IMG/VR virus record: IMGVR_UViG_3300049458_000012 | Coordinates: 11,425-75,424 of that record | Source: a virus | Lineage: Duplodnaviria; Caudoviricetes | Reading direction: 5' to 3' (one strand) | Length of the DNA stretch: 64,000 nt | Part shown: positions 57,022 through 63,389 of the stretch, one piece after another | Numbering within the stretch: position 1 is the stretch's first letter | Layout: the number at the start of each line of letters is the position of its first letter | Position numbers and translations under genes: made by a program | Notes under the pieces: model-generated | Database searches by the model: none | The model's input: only the letters and a program-made list of their open reading frames with translations | What the model was told of the DNA's origin: nothing

Positions 57022-58079
57022 GCGGCCTCCGCGATTGCCCGCCAATCGGTCTTCGGCAGCTCCAGGATGCGAGCCCCGTCCACCTCCAGCTGCGTCGCAC
57101 GCTCGTAGGAGGTCTCGTCCTGCGACTGCCGCGTGATGGCGTTCATCAGCCCGTAACGAGAAAGGTCCCCGCCTTCGATGAGGTGCCGCAGGATACCTCC
57201 CGCCGTTCCTTCGGTGTACCCGAAGTGCTTGGCCGTCACCTCCACGACGGAAGCGAGGTTCTTCGCCTCCAGACGCTGTTGCGTCGCGTCACGCATCTTC
57301 TCAACGAGCTTCTCCAGCACGTCGCGGGTGAGCACGCCGCGCACCGTGTCCTTCACCTTCATGAAGAACGCGGCATCGTCCAGCTGCTTGGTGCGATCGG
57401 AGTACAGCTCAAAAGCGTCCTCCGTCTCCGAGGCGCGCTTGCCGACGTGATAGCGGCGCTGGCCATAGTCCGGCGACACCATGCCGTTCTTGCAGATCAA
57501 CCGGTAGATGAGCGGCGCCACCTGCAACGCTCCAGAGCCAACCTCCGAATTCGACACCATGATGCCGATCTGCACCGGGTCACCCACCTTCACCTCCGTC
57601 TCGATCTTCGGCAACACGGCCTTCAAGTAGAAGCGCCGCTCCGTGAAGGAGGTGGATTCCACCCGGATCGAGTCATGGCTCATCAGCTCCGGCAGCACCG
57701 CCTGGGCCAGCTCGTAGTTATCGAGCGGGCGGTAACGATCGGAAAGAAAGGCCCTGGCCTTCCCGTCCAGCACCCGTACCATGCGGCGCGTGGGCTCTTC
57801 CTGGAAGAAGGTGTTGAGGGTGCGAGCATACAGGGCCGGGTGAGCGGTGCGGATGCGGTCCGCGTACTCCCGCGGTACCTTGTAGTGAGCCAGGGCCTGC
57901 TCGCGGAAGATCTCGCCTTCTTCGAGTGCGATCGGCTTCGCCCCCGGCAGCGCCAGCTCCAAACCCAGCTTGGCGTTCATGCTGAGCTGGGTGTCGATGT
58001 TGGCCACAAAGTCGCGCTTCGCAGCGTTGCGACGGTCGAGTTCAGTGGCCATCTGGGTCAGGGTCAAGTCGGTTTTCAT
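57018..58079 (-). CDS. DUF932/DUF945 family protein
   Basis: RAFLSDRYRPLDN, SNSEVGSGAL.V..LIYRL.C.NG, L.RYGL.NAIT. Confidence 0.85.
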   Translation of the reverse strand: MKTDLTLTQMATELDRRNAAKRDFVANIDTQLSMNAKLGLELALPGAKPIALEEGEIFREQALAHYKVPREYADRIRTAHPALYARTLNTFFQEEPTRRMVRVLDGKARAFLSDRYRPLDNYELAQAVLPELMSHDSIRVESTSFTERRFYLKAVLPKIETEVKVGDPVQIGIMVSNSEVGSGALQVAPLIYRLICKNGMVSPDYGQRRYHVGKRASETEDAFELYSDRTKQLDDAAFFMKVKDTVRGVLTRDVLEKLVEKMRDATQQRLEAKNLASVVEVTAKHFGYTEGTAGGILRHLIEGGDLSRYGLMNAITRQSQDETSYERATQLEVDGARILELPKTDWRAIAEAA

Positions 58080-58105
58080 TGCATTGTCTCCAAAAAGTTA
58101 GGTTT

Positions 58106-58159
58106 GGTCTCGTCAGTGCGGACCTTATCCGCAGACGGGCCTCGCGACCCGTTTCGACC
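58106..58159 (-). ncRNA. Type II hammerhead ribozyme HH8
   Basis: GGUC GAAA CGGGUC GCGA GGCCCG UC^ UGCGGA UAAGG UCCGCA CUGACGA GACC; cut 58134/58133. Confidence 0.95.
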
Positions 58160-58160
58160 T

Positions 58161-58613
58161 TTAAAAGAATCGGCTCCTGCGCAGACTTCCTTGTGCCCGC
58201 CGCGTGCTGAGTGTATCCCGGGACTCGTGTGCGCGTTCGAGTCCTTGATTGTAGAGATCGAGGAAGGGCTGCAGATCGGTCATGCGTGATTCACGCAGAT
58301 AAACCTCGATCTTCCGGCGCACATGCGGGCCGAAGCCCACCCGGACAAGCTGCCCGTCCAGCGTGACCCCGTATGAACGATCGGAGACGTTGCGCCGTGT
58401 GCCGCTCTTAATCAGCAGTGTTGTCACGATCCATCCAAAGCGCTCCGTGTTATAGAGCGTGAGACTTCTCGGCTGCGGATAAGCCAGCAACTTGTTCGCC
58501 TCGCGCCACTTATCGTAGGCCGCAACGCTCTTGTGAGGGCAGCGGTGCTCCAGGTCTGCTGCCGTAATGCCCGCGGGCAACGCGATCTCGGGAAGTTTGG
58601 TTTTGGCTTTCAT
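58161..58613 (-). CDS. Hypothetical protein
   Basis: Flanked by HH7 and HH8; the track's longer start runs through the ribozyme. Confidence 0.65.
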   Translation of the reverse strand: MKAKTKLPEIALPAGITAADLEHRCPHKSVAAYDKWREANKLLAYPQPRSLTLYNTERFGWIVTTLLIKSGTRRNVSDRSYGVTLDGQLVRVGFGPHVRRKIEVYLRESRMTDLQPFLDLYNQGLERAHESRDTLSTRRAQGSLRRSRFF

Positions 58614-58620
58614 TTCATTC

Positions 58621-58675
58621 GGTCTCATCAGTGACGGCATTTACCGCCAGACGGATCTCGCGACCCGTTTCGACC
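58621..58675 (-). ncRNA. Type II hammerhead ribozyme HH7
   Basis: GGUC GAAA CGGGUC GCGA GAUCCG UC^ UGGCGG UAAAUG CCGUCA CUGAUGA GACC; cut 58650/58649. Confidence 0.95.
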
Positions 58676-58789
58676 TCATCTCAAGTAATGGACACACGTC
58701 GCCAGCTCCGCGCAGAAGATCCCCAGCAGGATAAAAGCCAACACGGTTCTGGTCCATCGGACAGTGCGATGCTTCATTGTCATTGTCAT
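58676..58789 (-). CDS. 37-aa membrane peptide
   Basis: MTMTMKHRTVRWTRTVLAFILLGIFCAELATCVHYLR; AGGAG SD; stop abuts HH7. Confidence 0.55.
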   Translation of the reverse strand: MTMTMKHRTVRWTRTVLAFILLGIFCAELATCVHYLR

Positions 58790-59151
58790 TCTCCTGATCT
58801 CATAGAAGGCAACTCTTCCATCACCTCGGTGATCGATTTCACGGCCCCGTACCGTTGATAAGCGGCCCACGCATCCGCGGCCACCCCGGTGTCTCCCGCT
58901 CGCGCCATCCAATACTTGCGCGCACTCGGGGACAACGCATTCCACCAATCCATGCCGAGATCCTCCACGGCGAGCGTCATGCCCACGAAATGAGGTGAAG
59001 CACGCAGGCGACGGGCTTCACGGTTTGCCGCTTCCGGGGTGGTGAATTCAAAAGCCCCGCTGCTGAGCGCCGTGTACCCCTCGTCACCGTCCTTTCGGAA
59101 ATACCAGTACGCGCGGCGCTGGGCGTCAACACATTTTATCTTGATGCTCAT
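58786..59151 (-). CDS. Hypothetical protein
   Basis: ATG 6 nt after HH6; GMDWWNALS...R.YW...G...A.AW motif. Confidence 0.65.
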   Translation of the reverse strand: MSIKIKCVDAQRRAYWYFRKDGDEGYTALSSGAFEFTTPEAANREARRLRASPHFVGMTLAVEDLGMDWWNALSPSARKYWMARAGDTGVAADAWAAYQRYGAVKSITEVMEELPSMRSGE

Positions 59152-59157
59152 TGCATT

Positions 59158-59213
59158 GGTCTCATCAGTGCTGGCACTTCACCAGCAGACGGCGCGTCAG
59201 CGCCGTTTCGACC
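59158..59213 (-). ncRNA. Type II hammerhead ribozyme HH6
   Basis: GGUC GAAA CGGCGC UGAC GCGCCG UC^ UGCUGG UGAAGUG CCAGCA CUGAUGA GACC; cut 59188/59187. Confidence 0.95.
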
Positions 59214-59376
59214 TCGGTGTCATCGCGGCTCGCAGCGCCGCATCGCGTTCGGCCTTACGCGCGTGAAAAGCCGCGCGTCGGGCTTCATGCTCAATGCGCG
59301 TGGTTTCGGCGCTCTCGGGCGGCTGAGCCGTGGCCCGCTCGAAGAGTTTGAACAGATCGTCAGCGAGGGTTTTCAT
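59197..59376 (-). CDS. 59-aa protein whose stop lies in HH6 loop III (not in ORF track)
   Basis: MKTLADDLFKLFERATAQ...AAMTPRSKRR; ATGA overlap upstream. Confidence 0.5.
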   Translation of the reverse strand: MKTLADDLFKLFERATAQPPESAETTRIEHEARRAAFHARKAERDAALRAAMTPRSKRR

Positions 59377-59639
59377 GACCAGCGGTCCACCATTTCAGCC
59401 ATCTGCGCATCAATGTCAGCTTCCGCGAACACATCGACCTCGGCTTGTGTGCGGGTGCGTGGTGGGACAAACACGGCCTCTCCAACCGTCATCATTCGAT
59501 CCAGCTCCGCGCGCCGAGCAGCATTGAAGCGCTGAATGGCCACCAGCTCCGCGGCCCTGGCCACCTCAACCATCCGCTCCAATCGCTCGCGCTCCTGGCG
59601 AACAACGGTGACATCCTCTCTCAACTCGTTAAGTGTCAT
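59373..59639 (-). CDS. Coiled-coil hypothetical protein
   Basis: ATG 7 nt after HH5. Confidence 0.6.
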   Translation of the reverse strand: MTLNELREDVTVVRQERERLERMVEVARAAELVAIQRFNAARRAELDRMMTVGEAVFVPPRTRTQAEVDVFAEADIDAQMAEMVDRWS

Positions 59640-59646
59640 GGCATTC

Positions 59647-59702
59647 GGTCTCGTCAGTGACGGCACTTTACCGCCAGACGGATCTCGCGACCCGTTTCGA
59701 CC
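59647..59702 (-). ncRNA. Type II hammerhead ribozyme HH5
   Basis: GGUC GAAA CGGGUC GCGA GAUCCG UC^ UGGCGG UAAAGUG CCGUCA CUGACGA GACC; cut 59677/59676. Confidence 0.95.
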
Positions 59703-59705
59703 TTT

Positions 59706-60221
59706 TCAAGGCGGGCATTCGAGCAGCGTGCCCGTTTTCCCGTTCTCATCCGGACAATCCACGCGCAGCCCCCAATTCATGCGCGCAATGATCAGCACGG
59801 CAACGATCGAGAACACGGCATAAGCAACCGTCTTCCACTTGGCAATTCGAGCTTGCACCGCGTTCGCCTCCGCATCGGCCCGAGCGGCCAACCTTCGAGC
59901 GCGACTCTTCAAGGCCCCTGCCCGCATGCAATCGAACTCATCGTATTCCTTTTTCTGGATCGCATAATCCAGGGCCTGGGACGTAAGCCCGAAGCGCTCA
60001 GCAACGCGCGTGAGCAGGGCCTCGTAAACTTCCTGCTCCCGGGTGGAGTTGGCCGGGCCGCTCCACTCCCCACCATCAAACTGCGCATCTGCCTCCGCGC
60101 CAATGGCGAAAGATTCCCCAATCGGCGCCCACAGCCGCACCATGGCCTTTACCGCGAGCTTCGTGCGGTCTGCCGGCCAGTTGATGGTGTTGTGGCAAAC
60201 AATCCGTTTGGTAACTATCAT
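59706..60221 (-). CDS. Hypothetical protein with C-terminal TM helix
   Basis: GAGGAG SD after HH4; WKTVAYAVFSIVAVLIIA. Confidence 0.6.
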   Translation of the reverse strand: MIVTKRIVCHNTINWPADRTKLAVKAMVRLWAPIGESFAIGAEADAQFDGGEWSGPANSTREQEVYEALLTRVAERFGLTSQALDYAIQKKEYDEFDCMRAGALKSRARRLAARADAEANAVQARIAKWKTVAYAVFSIVAVLIIARMNWGLRVDCPDENGKTGTLLECPP

Positions 60222-60234
60222 TTCATTTCTCCTC

Positions 60235-60289
60235 GGTCTCATCAGTGCCCGCACTTACGGGCAGACGGTGCCGGAGCACCGTTTCGACC
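60235..60289 (-). ncRNA. Type II hammerhead ribozyme HH4
   Basis: GGUC GAAA CGGUGC UCCG GCACCG UC^ UGCCCG UAAGUG CGGGCA CUGAUGA GACC; cut 60264/60263. Confidence 0.95.
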
Positions 60290-60296
60290 TCTTCCC

Positions 60297-60713
60297 TCAA
60301 CCGCGCGCCACTGGTAAGTTTACATCCAGGAGCTTCTCGCGTGCCAACTTGATCTTCGCCTCCAACCGGTCCAGCTCTTCGTACATTCCCTGTACGCCCC
60401 AGGCCGGGTTGCAGCGTGGATCGGCCTGGATCACGCTGATGGCTACGGATGCCGCACGTAACGCGGTTCGCTTGCGCACTTCTTCGCGCGCCACGTCGAT
60501 ATCCGTGCGCAGTGTTTCGCGCCCATGGGGACTGGAGACTTTGTCCACCGCGCGCCCCTCTTTATCGAAGCGCTTGGTGATCTTCCCGCCGTCCCCGAGA
60601 TCGCGAACCGCCACGACTTGCCCCGTGGGCGTGATCTTCGTCACTTTGTATCCGAAGACGATGCCGTGATAGCCATCGACAGCAACCTCTTGATCAACTT
60701 TCACTTCGTTCAT
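60297..60713 (-). CDS. Hypothetical protein (SH3/KOW-like N-terminus)
   Basis: VKVDQEV...KVTKITPTGQV...RFDKEG. Confidence 0.65.
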   Translation of the reverse strand: MNEVKVDQEVAVDGYHGIVFGYKVTKITPTGQVVAVRDLGDGGKITKRFDKEGRAVDKVSSPHGRETLRTDIDVAREEVRKRTALRAASVAISVIQADPRCNPAWGVQGMYEELDRLEAKIKLAREKLLDVNLPVARG

Positions 60714-60737
60714 TGCATTGCCCCTTGAAGTTGGTTT

Positions 60738-60792
60738 GGTCTCGTCAGCACCCGCTTCACGAGTGGACGGCGCTCAGCGCGCCGTTTCGACC
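60738..60792 (-). ncRNA. Type II hammerhead ribozyme HH3
   Basis: GGUC GAAA CGGCGC GCUGA GCGCCG UC^ CACUCG UGAAG CGGGUG CUGACGA GACC; cut 60766/60765. Confidence 0.95.
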
Positions 60793-61014
60793 TTATGCGC
60801 GTAGTTTCCGGATGGTCTCTTCGAATTCGCGGATGTGTTCGCGAGGAACAACGATCGCAAACTTCGCGACCTGCCCCATGTCGTTGACCATTGCGGTGGA
60901 GGGGATATCTTGCGCAGCTATGCGGTTGGCCTTGCCCTTTTCAATCAGCAAGTCTGCGGCCACTTCTTCTATCTGCCCAAAGATGGAATAAACCTCAGTT
61001 CCAGAACGTTTCAT
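60793..61014 (-). CDS. 73-aa hypothetical protein
   Basis: ATG 6 nt after HH2; stop TAA abuts HH3. Confidence 0.6.
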   Translation of the reverse strand: MKRSGTEVYSIFGQIEEVAADLLIEKGKANRIAAQDIPSTAMVNDMGQVAKFAIVVPREHIREFEETIRKLRA

Positions 61015-61020
61015 GGCGTT

Positions 61021-61075
61021 GGTCTCATCAGTGACGGCATTTACCGCCAGACGGGCCTCGCGACCCGTTTCGACC
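61021..61075 (-). ncRNA. Type II hammerhead ribozyme HH2
   Basis: GGUC GAAA CGGGUC GCGA GGCCCG UC^ UGGCGG UAAAUG CCGUCA CUGAUGA GACC; cut 61050/61049. Confidence 0.95.
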
Positions 61076-61079
61076 TTTG

Positions 61080-61277
61080 TCAGTGTGCTGCTGGAATCCA
61101 AAGAATCCAATGATCGGTGCAAGGTGCCCAAACGCGCCCCAGAGGATCGGTGACATACATGTCCGGGGTAGAAGTGCCGGAAGTCTCTTGCGTTTTCGCT
61201 TGGCTCATCCGGGCAGCCAGCTCACTGTCCACGCGATAAGCGCCGATCCCTTCGAGTTGGACAATAACGTTGCTCAT
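61080..61277 (-). CDS. 65-aa hypothetical protein
   Basis: GGAGA SD; stop 4 nt before HH2. Confidence 0.6.
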   Translation of the reverse strand: MSNVIVQLEGIGAYRVDSELAARMSQAKTQETSGTSTPDMYVTDPLGRVWAPCTDHWILWIPAAH

Positions 61278-61294
61278 TTCATACTCTCCAAGAG

Positions 61295-61317
61295 TTGGTT
61301 TGGTCTCATTCGCCTTA
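61295..61317 (-). pseudogene. Internally deleted hammerhead relic
   Basis: UAAGGCGAA-UGAGACC-AAACCAAC keeps the 5' (AAGG(U)CGAA) and 3' (UGAGACC AAACCAAC) ends of the repeat but lacks stems I/III and the cleavage site. Confidence 0.65.
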
Positions 61318-62154
61318 AATCTTTTCGACGCGGTACACCTCGTGAGCCCGCAGTGAGTTCCTCGCGGACCAATCCACCGTTACCCCGTTCACGACCCCGG
61401 CCAAGTGCCGGTTCGTGCGCATCAGGTAGTTGGCCCCATCTGCCCAGACCTTGTTGAAGCGAGTGGGGTGGTGCGTCGTGACGTTCTTTAGTCCGGCGTG
61501 AACACCGGGGTAGCGGCGGATAAAGCTCTTGGGCGCAATGTTCGTCACTCGGAACCCGAGCGCCTTGGCAGCTTGCGCGGTGAGGTGGAAATAAGTTCCT
61601 TTGCCGGGTTTACGGCCTGCCGCGGCCAAGGCCGCGAGACACCGCGCGTAGTCGATCCCCGTCACTGCGCTCAGTGCGATAACCGCACAATCACGCTTTT
61701 CGTTGTTGGCACGAGACTTCGTTTGCAAGGCGCAATACTCGACCGGGGTGCGACGAGCGCGGATCGTTGCTCGACGCTTAGCGGCGGCACCGACGTAATC
61801 CCGGGAGGGCTTTCTTGACTTCGACTCGGGCACTGAGTCGCGAATCGCTTTCTGCGTCTCGGACGAGATGCCCAAAATGTTCATCACGGTCGGCGCAGGC
61901 GTCGTGGCCTCGGTATATGCCTTCACCCCTTCCGCGGTCATCTGGACCGTTGCCTCGTTGCCCGCACCGCCGCAAACAACGAAGCCTTTCTTTACGAGGC
62001 TGGAGACGACACCGGGGATCGACCGCAACTTCAGGTCGGAATTGTCCCCGATCGTGAACGACCAAACGGTTGCGGTCAGCGAGCCGCTGTCGTTGTATTC
62101 ACTCTTCACGATCGCGGTGAGGGCCTTCAGCTCGTTCGAAGTTAGTTTAGACAT
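61315..62154 (-). CDS. Two-domain protein: winged-helix-like N-terminus plus NEKRDCAVIALS..TG..Y domain
   Basis: GGAGA SD; GVVSSLVKKGFV...V.MT.EG; DC.V.A and H..GVVNG...DWS motifs. Confidence 0.65.
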   Translation of the reverse strand: MSKLTSNELKALTAIVKSEYNDSGSLTATVWSFTIGDNSDLKLRSIPGVVSSLVKKGFVVCGGAGNEATVQMTAEGVKAYTEATTPAPTVMNILGISSETQKAIRDSVPESKSRKPSRDYVGAAAKRRATIRARRTPVEYCALQTKSRANNEKRDCAVIALSAVTGIDYARCLAALAAAGRKPGKGTYFHLTAQAAKALGFRVTNIAPKSFIRRYPGVHAGLKNVTTHHPTRFNKVWADGANYLMRTNRHLAGVVNGVTVDWSARNSLRAHEVYRVEKI

Positions 62155-62183
62155 TTCATTTTCTCCGGGGAATAAGTTGGTTT

Positions 62184-62274
62184 GACTCGTCAGTGCTGCG
62201 GGAACCGCCCAGCCAGCAGACGCACCCCGAAGGCTTGCGGCCTTTATGCGTAATCGCGCGGGGTGCGTTTCGTC
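62184..62274 (-). ncRNA. Expanded type II hammerhead ribozyme HH1
   Basis: GAC GAAA CGCACCCC [31 nt incl. AAGGC-CGCAA-GCCUU hairpin] GGGGUGCG UC^ UGCUG [GCU GGG CGGUU CCC G] CAGCA CUGACGA GUC; cut 62219/62218. Confidence 0.85.
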
Positions 62275-62434
62275 TTGAGTCCAACTTGCTCTCGGCAACG
62301 GGCATCCTTTTTCCCGTATTGCCCGGAATCGTCCGGTTGGGTGCGAACCGTTTCGGCGTCATCCCTCGGTTCTCCGGTGCGTTAGTCACCTTGCGGACCT
62401 TCGGGGCGCCCGGCACGGTCTGCCGGGGAAGAAG

Positions 62435-62464
62435 AGTATGCCTCGAAGTGCTGCGCAACGGCAA
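62435..62464 (-). promoter_or_regulatory. Possible sigma70-type promoter upstream of the ribozyme array
   Basis: TTGCCG-N18-CATACT on the minus strand; weak match by eye only. Confidence 0.3.
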
Positions 62465-62513
62465 CATATTTCGGCATCTTTTTCACGCCCCAGATCATAT
62501 GCTTACGTGGCTT

Positions 62514-63383
62514 TTAGACCTCCGCCCCCTCCCCTTCTGCCGTCTCCTCGTCATCCGTCCGCGGACGGGCCAGGAGCTTAAACTCCTTGGCCACGGGGAT
62601 CGCGGCGCGCACCTCCGCGTAGATCGCCGGATTGGAGTGCCGGGTGACGTGCGTCACGGTGAGCGCGAACCAGGAGTTTTCCCCCTTCGTCCGCAGCACC
62701 GTCCCCAGCCGCCAGATCTCGGACGGGGCCACCGGCGCCTTGTTCTCCCCTACCCGGGCGGAGCGCAGCGAGATGAGTGAGTTCCACTCCCGCGCGGCCT
62801 TCAACTGGCTCTTCGTGAGTGAAACCAGCAGCGGCTCGGATGCCGTGCCCGTCTGCGAGTCCACGATCTGGCAGTAAAAGTTGCGGTGCTCGGTCATCTC
62901 CTTGTCTTCTTTCGTGATGGCCCGGTTCTTCTCATCCCGCTCCAGCCCCTGGAACTCCATTACGGCGTCCGTTGTGGCCTCGAACTCGGTGATGAATCCC
63001 CCGCCGTCCTCGCGCTTGTTCCAAACACACATCGTATGTGTCCGCCGCACCACAGAGACGTCGATCGTAGCGGCCAGGGCCTTGGTGAGGGAGTTCATGA
63101 GCATCCCCGGGCGGGCCTCCTCGATGAACTCGGGCTTGCCTTGCTGCACGGCGGGCGAGAGGGCCTGCAGAATCACGAGGAACGGGACCGCGAATGCGCC
63201 CGCATCCACCCCCTCGTCGAACCCCGCTCCCGCATCCGCACCGAAGAGTTGCTCACTCACCGCCTGATCCACGGGCGTGGCTGGAGGGGTGGGTTTCACC
63301 GGAACCGGGGCCCGGCTCGCGGGTGGTGCGGGCTTCGCAGCCGTCTTCGCGGGGGTGGGCTTTGTTGCTTGTTTCATAGCCAT
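62514..63383 (-). CDS. Putative ssDNA-binding/annealing protein
   Basis: GAGF, AVPFLVILQALSP, W..REDGGGF, SL.KSQLK..R.WNS; acidic C-terminal tail DDEETAEGEGAEV. Confidence 0.65.
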   Translation of the reverse strand: MAMKQATKPTPAKTAAKPAPPASRAPVPVKPTPPATPVDQAVSEQLFGADAGAGFDEGVDAGAFAVPFLVILQALSPAVQQGKPEFIEEARPGMLMNSLTKALAATIDVSVVRRTHTMCVWNKREDGGGFITEFEATTDAVMEFQGLERDEKNRAITKEDKEMTEHRNFYCQIVDSQTGTASEPLLVSLTKSQLKAAREWNSLISLRSARVGENKAPVAPSEIWRLGTVLRTKGENSWFALTVTHVTRHSNPAIYAEVRAAIPVAKEFKLLARPRTDDEETAEGEGAEV

Positions 63384-63389
63384 GGTCTC

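Noticed and set aside
55479-61075. Dispersed ~55-nt repeats read as a CRISPR array or integron attC sites
   Set aside because: Intervals are 230-1350 nt and contain ORFs, no cas or integrase gene is present, and the conserved positions are exactly the hammerhead catalytic core
58106-61075. Same repeats as intrinsic terminators
   Set aside because: No U-tract after the stems on the coding strand; the three-way junction with CUGANGA/GAAA explains them better
62330-62365. Possible additional hammerhead (GGGAUGA CGCC GAAA CGGUU..AACCG GA)
   Set aside because: Core lacks CU of CUGAUGA, stem II cannot form, and there is no UH cleavage site
61315-62467. Track ORF extensions running through ribozymes (61315..62298, 62156..62467, 60793..61131, 59706..60254, 59373..59666, 58161..58640)
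   Set aside because: Upstream parts are just open frames across the ncRNA; SD-supported or ribozyme-adjacent starts lie downstream
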